Below, piece after piece: positions 25,101-40,100 of a stretch of 64,000 bases of DNA (the first letter of the stretch is position 1; each line of letters opens with the position of its first letter). The position numbers and the translations under genes are program-made. The notes under the pieces were generated by a model. The model saw only the letters and a list, made by a program, of their open reading frames with translations. It was not told the DNA's origin and did not search any database. Where the stretch lies: NCBI RefSeq assembly GCF_964355755.1, contig NC_092676.1, positions 22,524,871 through 22,588,870 on the forward strand. Direction: 5' to 3'. Origin of the DNA: Antedon mediterranea. Lineage: Eukaryota > Animalia > Echinodermata.

Positions 25101-28100
25101 ATGCTTTTAAACAACTATACTGCATTAGCAATACCTTACCTTACCCTGAATACCATTCAGTCACTTGTAGGCTGTGTTTTTTTTAACCATTATAAATTTG
25201 ATTAGGTCTGATATTATTTTAACCCACTGGAAAACTTGTATGTTAACTCAATGTTGAAGGATGCGTTCAGACTTATTATTTACCCAGGTAACTCAATCTG
25301 AACGGGTCCTTAATCTTTGTCAGCCATCCCTAAATTTTAAATAGCTCAGTTTGTCACCCATCATTCAATTTTAATAGCTTTGTGAATTGCTTCACTTGAT
25401 AAGAATGACATTGCCCAAGCAGACAGGTCTACTAGTGACCAAACAGGAATATCTACTACGGCAGACAGACCACTCTTCTGCTAGCCGAGCATGTATGCCT
25501 ATAGTCTCTGACCAAGTGAACAGGCCTACTCCTGCCCATGTAGACAGATCTACTGCTCACTGAGCAGAGAGGCATACTGCTGGACTATGTAGATACTATT
25601 CGCCGAGCAGACAGGACTACTGCGGGCCAATCACAAATGTCTTTGCTGGTAGCCAAGTGGAAAGGCATACTCGTGCAGACAGTACTACCTAATCGTTGAG
25701 GCCTCTGTGGGCTGTGCAGACAGGCCTAACTGAGGGTTGTGCAGACAGGCCTAACTGAGGGTTGTGCAGACAGGCCTAACTGAGGGTTGTGCAGACAGGC
25801 CTAACTGAGGGTTGTGCAGACAGGCCTAACTGAGGGCTGTGCAGACAGGCCTAACTGAGGGCTGTGCAGACAGGCCTAACTGAGGGTTGTGCAGACAGGC
25901 CTAACTGAGGGTTGTGCAGACAGGCCTAACTGAGGGTTGTGCAGACAGGCCTAACTGAGGGTTGTGCAGACAGGCCTAACTGAGGGTTGTGCAGACAGGC
26001 CTAACTGAGGGTTGTGCAGACAGGCCTAACTGAGGGCTGTGCAGACAGGCCTAACTGAGGGCTGTGCAGACAGGCCTAACTGAGGGCTGTGCAGACAGGC
26101 CTAACTGAGGGTTGTGCAGACAGGCCTAACTGAGGGTTGTGCAGACAGGCCTAACTGAGGGTTGTGCAGACAGGCCTAACTGAGGGTTGTGCAGACCGGC
26201 CTAACTGAGGGTTGTGCAGACAGGCCTAACTGAGGGTTGTGCAGACAGGCCTAACTGAGGGTTGTGCAGACAGGCCTAACTGAGGGTTGTGCAGACAGGC
26301 CTAACTGAGGGCTGTGCAGACAGGCCTAACTGAGGGTTGTGCAGACAGGCCTAACTGAGGGTTGTGCAGACAGGCCTAACTGAGGGTTGTGCAGACAGGC
26401 CTAACTGAGGGTTGTGCAGACCGGCCTAACTGAGGGCTGTGCAGACAGGCCTAACTGAGGGTTGTGCAGACAGGCCTAACTGAGGGTTGTGCAGACAGAC
26501 ATGGAGGTATTTTATACCTCCATGTCTGTCTGCAGACCAAAGCAAGGCTGAGACTTACAATACATACACTCTCTGCCAACACGGTCAATATCCTCCTACA
26601 GTATTTATCTATTTCATGTGATTAATGTTATGTTAGTTTTAATGGAAAACAACTGCATGCAACAGAGGTTTACCTCGGTTTTGGTCATGATGAAAAATAC
26701 CCTCTCCCACTTCACAATAAATTCTCTCCTCTGAGGAAGGTGGTGGATAGCAAACTAAAACAAATCATGCGTGAGAATGAACGCAAAAGAAAATGACAAA
26801 ACAAAAATGATACAAAATATGCAAATGATAAAAAAAACTTTTCAAATTATAGAATAAACAGCAAATTAAGAATATTAAAATGACAAATGATAGAAAGAAA
26901 AAGTACACAAAATATTTATTAAAAAAGTATAAAAATGAAAATTATATTTTTGTGAATATGATAAATGAGTCAATTATCACACCTTGCATAAATAAAAGAG
27001 TGAAAAATCATTTTAAAAAAAAAGGTGTGGAAGGAGGGGCCTAGATGAATATTTGAAAACAGGATATGATGAGGCAGAGGAGATAAAAAGTAAGCAAGAT
27101 TATTAAAAATATTTCTATGAGGAGCCTGTGATGTGCTGTGATGCTAACAAAGAAAATGTCAAGCACAGCCAAAAGCGAAAGACCTTTGATAGACAATGAT
27201 GGATGCAATGTCATAGTAGGATGAGAATTAGTGATATTTAACACAATGACATTTGTTAAATAATTAGAGGTGCAGACCTATACCACCTACTACAGGGGGA
27301 TTATAGTGCTAAATATAACAGTTTTGGAATATAAGATATTATATTATATTTATAAGGCAACCAATCTGAAGCAGTTAGTATTACATGATTATAAATATAT
27401 TTATTAATAATACCTGTGCATTGCAAAAATTATCTAGACATTATATACAAATCCTTGAAGTACATGTATATTTATAGATTATAATATAATTATTAGGATC
27501 GGCAAGACGTCTGTGGTCATGGATTATCACAACACTGTGATGACTATAGTTCACTTTATCTTTACAAATTTTAAAATATTATGGCTTTATTGTCCAGACC
27601 TACAAGAAGAAAACTGGAAACCAACTCTAGAGAATTTAGTCAGCAAAAAGCGTAATCATCTTGGATATAATTCATTCATTTATAGGTATTTATTTTAGGT
27701 AGTTTTATTGATGTGGGAGGAAAAATTTAAAAACAATTAGTAGTAGACCTAGTAAATCCCACCATATATATATCAGTACTTAAAATTATATTATATAGCA
27801 ATTAAAGGTGTAGCGCTATTTTCAGGCTTGTTTCGATAACGGAACTGTGCCATTTAATTCTTTATAAAAATTTTCCCTTAAAGAATACAAGGCATCTGAT
27901 TTGATTTTATGTATTTTGACACTATATAAATTTAACAACAGACAAAATGAAAAATGCAATCATTTTGTATGGTACCAGGGATAGCCCTCTAAATCTTCCG
28001 ATGGGTCACATTCTATTAAAATGTAATTTTGTAGCAAATAATGTTATTAATAAAGCCAAATAAATACACCCACATAGAACTATATTAAAACGACAGAATA

Positions 28101-31100
28101 AAAAATGATGATGTATATTAAAATTGACTTGTTATGATTTCACCACAGATAAAACAAATTAATTGTATTTGTCATCAATGAATAACACTTATCCTGAAAA
28201 ATACAGAGTCACAGTAAATTGGTATTAAATAGGTTAAAACCACACAAACTTCTGGGTAAACGAAAAGGAGTAATATCAAAAATCATGACAGGCGATATTA
28301 TGAAAGACTTGCGATTGAGAGAGCAAAACTGGGCGACAAAATTAAGAAAGGCAGTTACGAGTGATGAATGATCCGCTAAGGAAATACTTAAAGTACGATA
28401 TTAATTTGTTTCCTTCAATGCAAGCTGATGAACTTTAAAAAAGCAAATGAATTAGTTATAAAGACGTATATTGGTAGATTAACATGTAACATTTACTTGG
28501 CAATGCTGTTACTATCATTTTGGATTATCAACTGATACGGTCAATAAAACGAACAAGATCAAAAGTAATTAAGTAAATCATTTAGTAATTACTGTAGATA
28601 TATGTTGGAAATAAACATTATTATTTAATGCAAATTATCTGTTTTTATCTAGGAGAGACGATAGTTCATGGTTATTTATAATTAATATACCCTCACAAAT
28701 GTAAATTCACAGCTACTTAATTACTGCAATATAGAAAAGAAAAAAAATATTACTGATCTTTTTCCAGATTTGTGGTTAGCTGATGGTCAAGTCATTGGAA
28801 CATTCATTAATAGATTTCCAATATGCAATAAGCTTATTAATTAATTGATGCATTTAAATAAACATTTTGTAAATTTATACTGGTGATGAATAGGCCGACT
28901 CACAAGCTTGAGTTAATTTGTTTTAAATACACTTTAATCAAATTAGAAAGTTCTACGAAAAAAGGTGGAAGAAATGACATAATTCCTCCTCATTCAACTT
29001 TCGTAATTAAGTTGTTATTGTCTCTTAAATTGCATGTTGTATTAAAACGGCTATATTGCAACATTGAATGAAAAAGTTTTTCCTTTTAAATTTGCAAGAA
29101 TTTAATGTGCTTGAGTTCACATATGGAACTCACCCCATACACTACTTATTGTGTCCAGAAATTCTGAAACTTTCAATGTTTTTTTATGACAAAAAAAGAA
29201 TTTGAGACATTTGCCTCAAGAAAAGTCTTGGAAGAGAGAGATTTACTTTTTTATGTGAAATATTGGTTTTCTAGGACATTTAATAATTTGAAGAACACGT
29301 GCCAACCTTGGCAATTAATACTTTTCCTTAATTTATCAATAATAATCAGCATTTCTGTTACTGAATAAAATTAAATTCATTTTCAAATTTGTTTAGTCAT
29401 CTTTAATATACAACAGGAAATAAATATATCATTGCAGCGACGTCATTTAGTCTTTATCTGTTCGATGTACGTACAATATCACGCTTAAATAACTTTAACC
29501 CGAAATAAATGACATTTTACGATTAGTACGGAACATCTTCAAATGTTTCGGAGAAGTGATTGACAATCTAATTAGCATCGATAATATCGCACATTTTTGC
29601 AGTTTCATCTTTAATTATTTTACAACATATGTTACGGTCTCAGGTGGAAACGAAAGCATCATTAATGAGATAAATAGGCAAATAAGAAGAACTTTTATGA
29701 TCTAAAATACATTTCTAAAAATGCTTTTCCTTTAGATAGACATGTTTTTAATTGTGTAATTTCACCGATGTCATGGCACACGTTCGTAACAAAGCGTGAA
29801 AAGTAATTTTTTAATGGATTTCTTCTTCTGTCATTGTAATACAATTATCGTTTTGTGTTTTCGCTATAAAACTAGGCACCCAAAGGCACGCTTTTGAGGA
29901 AACTCCTCAGCCAGAATATTTGCGGTACGTACGACGTAGAATTAACAGGAAAAATAAAGTCAAGTGTGGATACCTCGTGAATAGGGACAGGATACATTCG
30001 TGCTCAGACGAGCTAGTGTTTATCATCATTTTCACATTACTTTTTTTGTTTTGGTACAGCATTTGTTTTCAGATATTATTTCCCAAAAGAAAAAAGTTGG
30101 GAGAGAACCAGTAGATTTCATAATTAACATATTAAGGCAGTTAACCAATAAACATTTATACTGTATGGTGGTTTTTAAATGTTAAAAGTATTATATACCG
30201 TATATAGCTGAGAGGAGATGATTTGGATTTTATGACTATAACTGGTAGACATGAACATGTTATATAAAGCCTGGTTTCCATTAAAATCGCTACACGCGTC
30301 GATGTCCCCGATTCATTGCAGTCAAATCAGCAAAGTTCAACCATGTTCAACTTTGCCGGCGATGAATCGTATACGCGTACCAAAGAATATTTTGCGCTCG
30401 CGTACTAGATCCCCAATAAATTCTAGCGTTTCCATAGAAAAGCTACGCTCTGTCTTGTAGCGATTTTATGGAAACCAGGCTTTATAGGGGAATGAATGAG
30501 TTTATTATATGTTACCGTATATGATTAAGTAAGTTTTAAGTATGTTTTTGTCTATCTTTTTGTGCTTTCTTTTATTATATATTGTTGTTGGACGCACCTT
30601 CAAAATGTGAAGTGTGCCACTGTTACAAAAGTGAAGTTCCGAAATTAATAAAAAAAAAAAAACAAACTATATTGTTTTCTTATTACTTAAAATGTTCATT
30701 GTTCATTTTTTGTAATAGTTAGCTAAATCAACAATGAAAACATGTCAATAATATATTATTTCATATTTTATTTTCATGCTGTTAGTTGCTTTGGATGTTT
30801 CCAACCAAGATATATACTAATGGCAAGATTATTGCATAATTCAAATCTGATAACATGAGATATATACACAAGTTTACAAAAATGTTGCAATATATAAAAG
30901 AAATAAAGTTATATATTATATACATATTAAATATAATAGTTAATTGATAACAATATTGAGTTAGTATGTAATACCTATTTTTTTTATAGGTATGCCGTAT
31001 GCAAGGACTGTTCCAGCAGAATTAACTTTTCACGAAGATAGCACTATGACACTTACCACTCAATAACAAGGTAGTTAGTGAAACTTGATTAGAAGCACCA

Positions 31101-34100
31101 CCAAGCACTATGGCACTTACCACTCAATAACAAGGTAGTTAGAAGCACCACCACACAGAATTTAGCCGGTCTGGCCAACTCAGTTTCATAAAATCGCTAT
31201 GTCAAAAACATTCCCGATAAATTCCAATGTCAAGACATAGCAAGGTTATAAAAACCAAGAAAAGATAATTATTTCACAGTTTCAATATACCTTCAGTAAA
31301 CCAAGAATATGATCATTCAGCCCATGTTTGAAATAACATTATAACATTTAAGCACGACAGAAGTAGTACTAATTCTTCCAGAGTATAACTTTATTATTGT
31401 TATATGAATATATTTATTAATAAAACAAATGTATTTACCTTTTAAACTTGAATCCAATAAATAGCTTAGTATACCAATACGGTAACTCTTTCAAAATCAG
31501 ACACCCTTTTCGATTTGTCAATGTTTTTAGAAATATATTTTTAAAGAATGGGACAGAATTTGGTCCAAATCTTGTTTACAATGACTTATCGTTTTATGGG
31601 TTTCTAATTTGAGGGAGTTCACTGTATACATGACAAATGTGATTAACATAGATAAAGTTAAAGTTTGGTTCACACTAGGACACAACGCAACGAAAATAAA
31701 CGCATTGCAAAGATGCCGACAATAACGAGATTGATGCATTGCAAGGATGTATATGCAATGCAAAGACGTATAAAAACTGCAAACAAGGATTTTTGTATTC
31801 TGAAAACGTGTGTGTGTGCACTTTAACGACGGACGCACAAAATACGCACTTGTGCTGCAATCTAGTGAAAACCAAACTTAATGTATACAAAGTGACAAGC
31901 AACAAGAAAGACGTAAAACATACCGTGGGGATCATCGTAAATTGTTGGCTCGACAACAGCATACACAGGCTCACAAGGCTCATCTAATAATAAGAATATC
32001 ATGCAACGATATAAAAACCACCAATTGCTATATACAAAACATGCCACATTTATCAAGAACAATTCAGTAGTATTTCACAAAATAAGTAATTTAGATATAG
32101 GCTCAAAATGGGATATAAGTAAATTCATTTTTTATGCAAAAATAAAAAAATATGTAAGACAATTATTCATACACATTTCATTTGAGCAAATTTGTGAATT
32201 AAATTAGAGTGAATTTTTGTGAAATACATCCAAAATATTTTATCTACAAAAAAGCAATAAAATCAATCAACATACAATATGGAAGGATCAATTAAAAATT
32301 ATTAAAATAAAATGTTACATTACATCTGGAAAACAATAATTATCAGTCAGATAAAATCAATAAAAAAAAGAAGTAAAAGAAAGAAAGAAAATAACACAAT
32401 TATACATTAAACAAATAACATTGACATTTTTAACAAAAAACAAACAGAAAAGTAATATGTTTTAATATTTAATGTCAATGTAAAACGTATAGACGTATTC
32501 TTCGGTTTACGCTAAAGCTTGGTTCTCACTAGAGATGCAACACAAGTAAGCGCAACACAAGTAAGATAACAAGCGACAGTTTGAATGATCCATCGCTTGT
32601 GATAGGTCAAATCACTTGCTTTGCACTTACATTTTTGCGTTACGTCCTAGTGGAAACCAAGATTAAATATGCGGGTGAATGAACTGACTGTTCTCTGTGC
32701 ATATTATTGAGAACTAGTACTGCTCCACATAAATTGTTGAAAATAATATAACTGGCAAGAAATCAGGCTTGAACATACTAGGCCTATACAATTGTGATAC
32801 CATAGAGGGTGGGAAGGGGACGGGATACAAACTAAAATCAAGTGTGTCTGTAAAATACTGAATATAATGCCCTTTAAGTTTAACAAATATTGCTAAATTA
32901 AATATAATTTTTGATTTTAAAAAAAAACCTAGTTCCTATGTCCTATCACGTTTTTCCTGAACACCTACTCCTTCCTCAATTCCTTTTCCTTTTAAAGTAA
33001 CCAAGTTCAAATCACATGCTGAAATTAAGTTTATTTTACTAAAATATTATAAAATAGGAAGACTTTCCTTTCCTTAAAACACCTACTCTTTCCATATGTT
33101 GTGTTCTCTCTTGATGCTATCAAGTTAAAATTTAAAAAATTAATTTCATCTTACTTTAATAGAAAATGATAGTTAGGTAAACATACTATAAAAGAAGGCA
33201 GACTTCCCTGTTTTAACTATTCCTACCCTATTTTAAGTTCTGCAGCAATTCTCACTCTATGAATCACATTAAAATCTAAAATTAAAGTCTAAATCTATTA
33301 ATAATATAAATAAAACTTTATCTTACCAAAACATTATATTTTTAAATATCAAAAATGAATATTTAATGGGTTTGAAATTTTCCTTTATTTTAAGCACCTA
33401 CTCTTTTCTCCACTTTCTTTTGGTTTATAATTTTTTTGCTTTAGGTAAGAAAAATGTATTTATTTAATGAAGTGTTTCTTATAAAAACATAACAAAATAT
33501 GAATGTCTTAAAACAAATTTGTTAATCTCTGTCTACACTTTCAAACATTATGTGGCAAAAAAATGTGATGTGCCCATATATGGACATGATGATGTCATAT
33601 CACTACCATATTTGAGCACATCACACTTTTTTTTTGTCAAACTTGTTTGATAGTGTAGACAGAGCTTTAAGAGACTTGACTATCTGAATATGCCATGCTT
33701 CCTATAGTTTTGGTACGTAAATAATTAGCCAAGAAACATTAAATGTTTACACAACAGAACTAGTACATTGTTGTGAACTTCTCAAACAACAATATAACAA
33801 AATGTATTAAGTATAAAGGAAAAAAGGATGAGATCATTTGTACTGTATGTAAATTGTTTGTTATACGTGTATACAGGCACTAAATAATGACGTGTACACA
33901 GGCACTGAATAATGACGTGTATACAGGCACTGAATAATGACGTGTATACAGGCACTGAATAATGACGTTTATACAGGCACTGAATAATGACGTGTATACA
34001 GGCACTGAATAATGACGTGTATACAGGCACTGAATAATGACGTGTATACAGGCACTGAATAATGACGTGTATACAGGCACAGAATAATGACGTGTATACA

Positions 34101-37100
34101 GGCACTGAATAATGACGTGTATACAGGCACTGAATAATGACGTGTATACAGGCACTGAATAATGACGTGCGTGTGTAAACTATACGTCATTTTTAATGCT
34201 GTATTATATCGTACAAATTGCATGCATTGAGTATCAAAATGACAGGAAGGACTTAAACTACCTTTGAAAATTATCCACCATCTTGGATCCAATAAGTCGG
34301 ACAAAATGGTGTTTCCTTACCCTAGAACGGTAATCTTTCCTAAGATAGAAGATACAACTAAAAAACAAATAGTTTTAAAATAAACTTCTAAATAATATGA
34401 TTGATAAACAAAAAATTAAATTATTCAACTATGGTTTTAAAGTGATTACATATTACTTATAAACAATAAAAACCCTCACTATGTGAGAAAAATCTAAATT
34501 CCTGTTTTAATGTCATCTCTATCCCTAATGATGGAAGACATTTCGTGGTAAGAGCTATTTTAACACCATATAATAAAGAATTACATGACTGTAGTGGTTA
34601 AGTTTTTTTTTATTTGGTTAAGAATTAAATAAAAATGTCAGGTTATGATGTAATTTGTAAAGGATATGGTCAGAATTGAGAATTAATTCACAGACCTCAA
34701 ACTTAAAAAAAAAACAACATATACACACAGTATTCAATATTTTGAACTGTGCAACTGCACAAGATTTTCTGTACTGTTTGTAGGCTATTTGGTACAGGTG
34801 TCACATGTGATACTATGTGATGGTGTATTACAGAATTTTTCCTATGATATTTGAACAATAGATACAAATAACCAGAATTGGTTAACATTACAACAAGGTA
34901 TTTAGGGTACCTTCTAGACCCCGCATTTAGAATCTGTAAATCTATTTTTAAATTGCATATTATGTACACATTTAATAATTAAAAATAGAGAACAAATAAT
35001 CCTCGGTTAATTAAACAGCTATGACTATATCTTAAAATCATGCAACATTACTGCAGTCATCCTGGGCTTGGTCCGATACCGAAAACAAACACTAATCAAA
35101 AAGGAAAAACCTAATTAACTAAAGCTCTGAAGTAAATTGATCGAATCTCACTCATTAATCACAACACCTATTTATCTAAATGATTGTTTTGCCCTATGAC
35201 AGAGTTATTGATCAAAGTGCAGAATTATTTTAGACTCAATGACTGCTTGAATGATAGGTTCTAACAGATGATACACAAAGTGGATGAGGAGGAAAGTAGT
35301 AGACAGAAATGTAATTTAATATAACATGGCTCATACTACTCAAGGATATATGCTGATAAACTCTAAAAAGTGTGAGGAAAGACAGTGTTGGTGGAGGATA
35401 AAACAAAAATATATAAATCGTGGTTAGAGAAAAAAAATGCAAGAAAATCTAAATAACTAAATGTTGGGCAACCAAATATATTTTAGGAAATAATAAATTA
35501 TTTTCCTAAATTACATTATGCCCCTAAAAATAGTAGATTGGTTTGTCTTACTTGTTCAGCTTTAGGGTTGAAGGACAAGCAAATAGCCTAATTTATCAAT
35601 CCACACATTGGAAGTCAACTCACAGTTTTTATTTCAGGAGGTTTAACAAAATTGTGGTTGAAATTGTGTAATTTTATCATTATGTGGACTATTTATACAC
35701 TTTGTTTTCTAATTGCGGATCCAATGTTATGAACATTCAGACCAATCTCCAGTACCCACCCAGCTTACTAAGTTGGCCGTCTACACCATCTAGTACCCGC
35801 CCAGCTTACTAAGTTTCCTATTCACATGCCACATCCTTACGCTAACCTTCAACAAGACCATCTTTAATTACATTCATTAAACTGATTAATTACCTTCATT
35901 AAAAATGTTTGTAAATATACTGAAATCTTCTGAATAATCTTTCTTCATTTTTATTTAATTAATTTTTAATTATGTGTTATTCTTTCACTTGTTTAAATAT
36001 TAATTATTATCCAATTTGATTAAATTAATGATATACAATTTAATTTAATATTAATAAAGTATAGTGCATTTCACATGGGTCGTTGCTTGTCTGTTGCCAA
36101 CTGTCTGACCTATTTTTTCCCATTATTCAAAATGTATAGTTTTTTTAAATATTGGATATTTTTTTCTGACTATCCAATCATTACTTTTGAAAATGTTTCT
36201 TTTTTTCAACATCACGTGAAATTAAAAAGCTGTGTATTTGATTGGGGAAGGAGGACTTTAACGTCGTAATTGGTTGTACTGAATTAAAAACAAAAATAAA
36301 TTGTGTATAGCAAATATTTGCCAAGTTACAATTGTAACAAGGAAATTACCAAATCAACAACCAAAGTGTTTAATTCACGTTTCCTTCTCAAATCACATAA
36401 TTCAATGAGTTTAATTGTTTTGTTCTGTTGGCAGTCATTGAATAGAAGCCATCAGACCAAGAATCGAGTTAAACATGATAGGCAGAGAGGAAGGGTGTAA
36501 CCATATGCTAATAATACACAATTACAATTTTTAGTGAGAATGTAAATTAATTAAATGGATGCAAGCAATCTGAGAAAGTTACCAAAGAAATCTTAATTTA
36601 TTTTGACAACGTTCTTGCTTTTACACTTCTGTTCATTTCTTGTTGGTCTCTTTATTGACTTCCTATTATCGGCTTGTTTAGCATGACCGAGATAAGATTT
36701 GTTTATAGAATATAGTAATTAGTAATATTTGCTACTGTTTAACTTTTTAATGAATGACATGTTAATTCCAAGGACATTTGGTACATTTATAGATTAATTA
36801 ATGAATCTGATCGTGTTGTAATTTACTTATGAATGAATGAACTTAATGAACTACTGAAATTCTTGTTTAGTTACTAAGGGCCTGTTCAGACCTACGGAGT
36901 TATGCTTTCGTATTGTAAGCGGCGTACAAGTCCATAGGTCTGAACCAGGAAAAGATTAGTGGAAGCCACCTCGTACGACACTGATATTTCGTACGCTACG
37001 AAAGCTCAAGGTATGAGTTTAGTGGACGTCACTTACAATACGAAAGTCACGCATCGATGAATATGACCTAGGTTAGATATCTAGCCAATCAAATTACAAT

Positions 37101-40100
37101 GTTCGCCACATCACATCGTGACATGTGCTCCTCTTCGTATAGCCAAGCTGGTCCATTTGTTGTGATCGGTGAACGTGCGAAAAAATCATACCTTTTGTTG
37201 TTACACTATACACGTATTATTATTATTAATATTATTATATTAATTAATTTAAAATGTCATCGAAGCGTGGGCATTGGCGAGAAACCGAAGTAAAATACCT
37301 TATTTCATTGTGGGGAAGCCCTGAGTTCAGAGATCGGTTGGAAGTGAAAAACTGGCGTAAAAGCACCGGCAACAAGATGTCTGTGTTCAACGAGATGGCA
37401 GACACGTTAGCAGATGGGCCATCCTCATAAGAAGGATTTAATATCCAAACGAAATTGAAGGGGTCATCGTATAAAGCGGCGAAAGACCAAGTAAATAAAT
37501 ATGGAGCCGGTGCAAGTACGGGATTTGAACATTTTTCTGCCATATCATATATGATATTTTAGGTCATAGACTAAATATAAACCCAAACCCCAAAACGATC
37601 GGCTGGTTGGTATGCCTGACAACCAATCGATAATGCCGAGCCCAAGTGTTCGGTCTAGGCCTGTAACTCCTAAACCAACCACTACTACTTTTAATAACAA
37701 CGAAGGTAGGTCTATGCGTGCGTTAGAGTTTGGTTAATCGCCAGCGAGTGACATCATATCAGTTTGTAACGCAACTTCGTTGCAATGAATCTGAACACTT
37801 TGCTCTTACGACGCTCATTAAAATATGACCTTGGCTGTGATACGAAAGCATAACTCCGTAGGTCTGAACATACCCTCAATGTTAAATTAAAGTGGGACAC
37901 CTGTATTCAGGGACACCTGTATTCAAGGACACCTCTAGTCAGGGACACGTCTAGTCAGGAGACAATCTAATTGTCTAATTTAACATTTATAAATTTCATA
38001 ATTATCTTTATTTTTTTTTCTCCACGACTCCATCAAAATTAATAATCTTTATATTCTTTGACAGTTTCAAAAGTCGGTCAAAATGCTCTTCCTTTAATAG
38101 CCAATCACAGCGTCCGAAGCATTAATGATTGGCTTACTTAACTTTAAATGTCAATATAAATTAAATCAGTTCCAGTTGCCAATCATGTACTTTTTCTTAA
38201 TATAAAAAATTTTTTCCTAATATTGTTAATGCATTTTGTCAAGACATATCATACTGTTGTGTATGGTAAATGGTAAGACAAGATTAAAGCCCCATTCCCT
38301 ACGTTTTTGAGATCTAATTTAAGATCACAAACTATATTTAATGTAAAAATAATACTACATGGTCCTATTGCGATAACTTTTTTCGTCTTTAAACGGTTAA
38401 AAATGTGAAAAATAAATCGATTCTAATAATTATAGCGGCCCGCTATAAATCCCAAAATGCATTGCGCGCGTATTGATATTTTTGTTTTTCACCTGTAATT
38501 CGCCCACTTTTCGATCGATCGTGAAGCCAAAACAAATGGAAGACTCCTAACTTTTCAGCGAAAATACCGGGTTTTCCCCAATTTGTATCAACGGAGTCTG
38601 GCAAAAATAGAAAGACAATTAATGCAGCAACTATACAACGTCAGGCTAGGTATATAGCTAGCGTACGATGTTCGTACGTTATCGATGTTTACCAGCTAGG
38701 CCTACAAAACTAAGCCTAGCTAGGCTAGGCCTAAGACCGTCCACGAGAGGTCGATCGCCGCGAGCTACTTAGGTAGTGCATTGTTTCTCACTTTTTATCA
38801 TAATTTACCATAAAACGTACATTTAAGACAAGGAATGACATGGTTTAATGTTTTTAAAGTGATATATATGTATTATTTTCCAAAAAACGTCCAAAATTGC
38901 AGGGAAGGGGTCTTTAAACAAATTATTCCATATTGTGCTCCTTAATTATGAGACTTATATTTACAGAAACCTTTATGAAAGTCTTGGGTACAAATAATAT
39001 GAATCATTGTGGTTACATGATTATTCTGCACTATTTTAATAGAATTTTGGATTTAATCATTTGTGTACTGTAAGGTGCATGTATTGTTGTCTATCTATGT
39101 GTTAGCATTCTTGGGTCATATGCCATATACTGTAAATCGACAAAAACTAAATACTGAAATTTGTCATTTGGAAATTGACAAAGTCATAAAGGAGAAACAA
39201 TATTGCCTAGATATTTAATAGTTGAAATTATTACCAGATCAAACTTTTTGCATCAAACAGGTTTAGGTTACAAATAACTGATTAAATAAAAAAATTCTTA
39301 TTATTTACTAAAAATGTATACCTAGTTGGTTAGAATCTAAATGACTCAACAGATCTTTCTTTACAAATCAAATAAACTGTAATTGCCGTTTTGATCTGAT
39401 ATGCTGAATATGTATGCTGGTATGTAAAAAAAATAAAGATAAATTCATTATGTGGCTCCATATTTCCCTTCCTACCAGACATCCGCAAACTGAGTGATAA
39501 ACCTAAGGCAAAATAGTAATCCCTACCAAAACAAGAAAATTGTAAAATAACAGTTTATCTAAGTATATAAATTTAACCTCAATAAATTAAAGTACAAATT
39601 ACAGTATACTAAACGGAAGGATGATGTTATGTTTTAGTTTTCAATCTTTATATAATATCCATAGCATGTGGCATTGCCAACAGCAAACTTTAAAGCTGTC
39701 TACACTATTAAACTAGTTTGTGTGGTGCCCAAATGCGGTAGTGATATACTCAAATATGGTAGCGATATGACATCAGCATGTCCATATATGGGCACATCCC
39801 ATGTTTTGTTTGTCACATATAATTGGTAGTGTAGATAGACTTTTAGACACTACATAGTTGTCAATTTTTACATTTTAAATTGCATTCTTTTTTATAAAAT
39901 CAGAAATTTTAATTACTAAAAATGCTATCAAGCCAAATGACAGAAGCGAATAATAATACCACCACAGAAAGCAGGCCGACTGAAGAAATGTTCAAATAGC
40001 TCATTTTTAGTAGGATGTTCTTCCTTCCACATGATTTACTGGGTGTTTGACTTGTGAAACAAATGAGGAAGTTTACAATGGGTAGAGGGGAAAAGACATC

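Noticed and set aside
25709-26497. CRISPR-like regular repeat array
   Set aside because: Head-to-tail units with no unique spacers, no cas genes, eukaryotic intron.
33782-34304. Three overlapping ORFs with repeated CLYTRHYSVPVY
   Set aside because: Translation of a stop-free 25-bp minisatellite.
37244-37543. 99-aa minus-strand ORF as a p190 exon
   Set aside because: Antisense to the Harbinger Myb/SANT remnant and inside TIRs.
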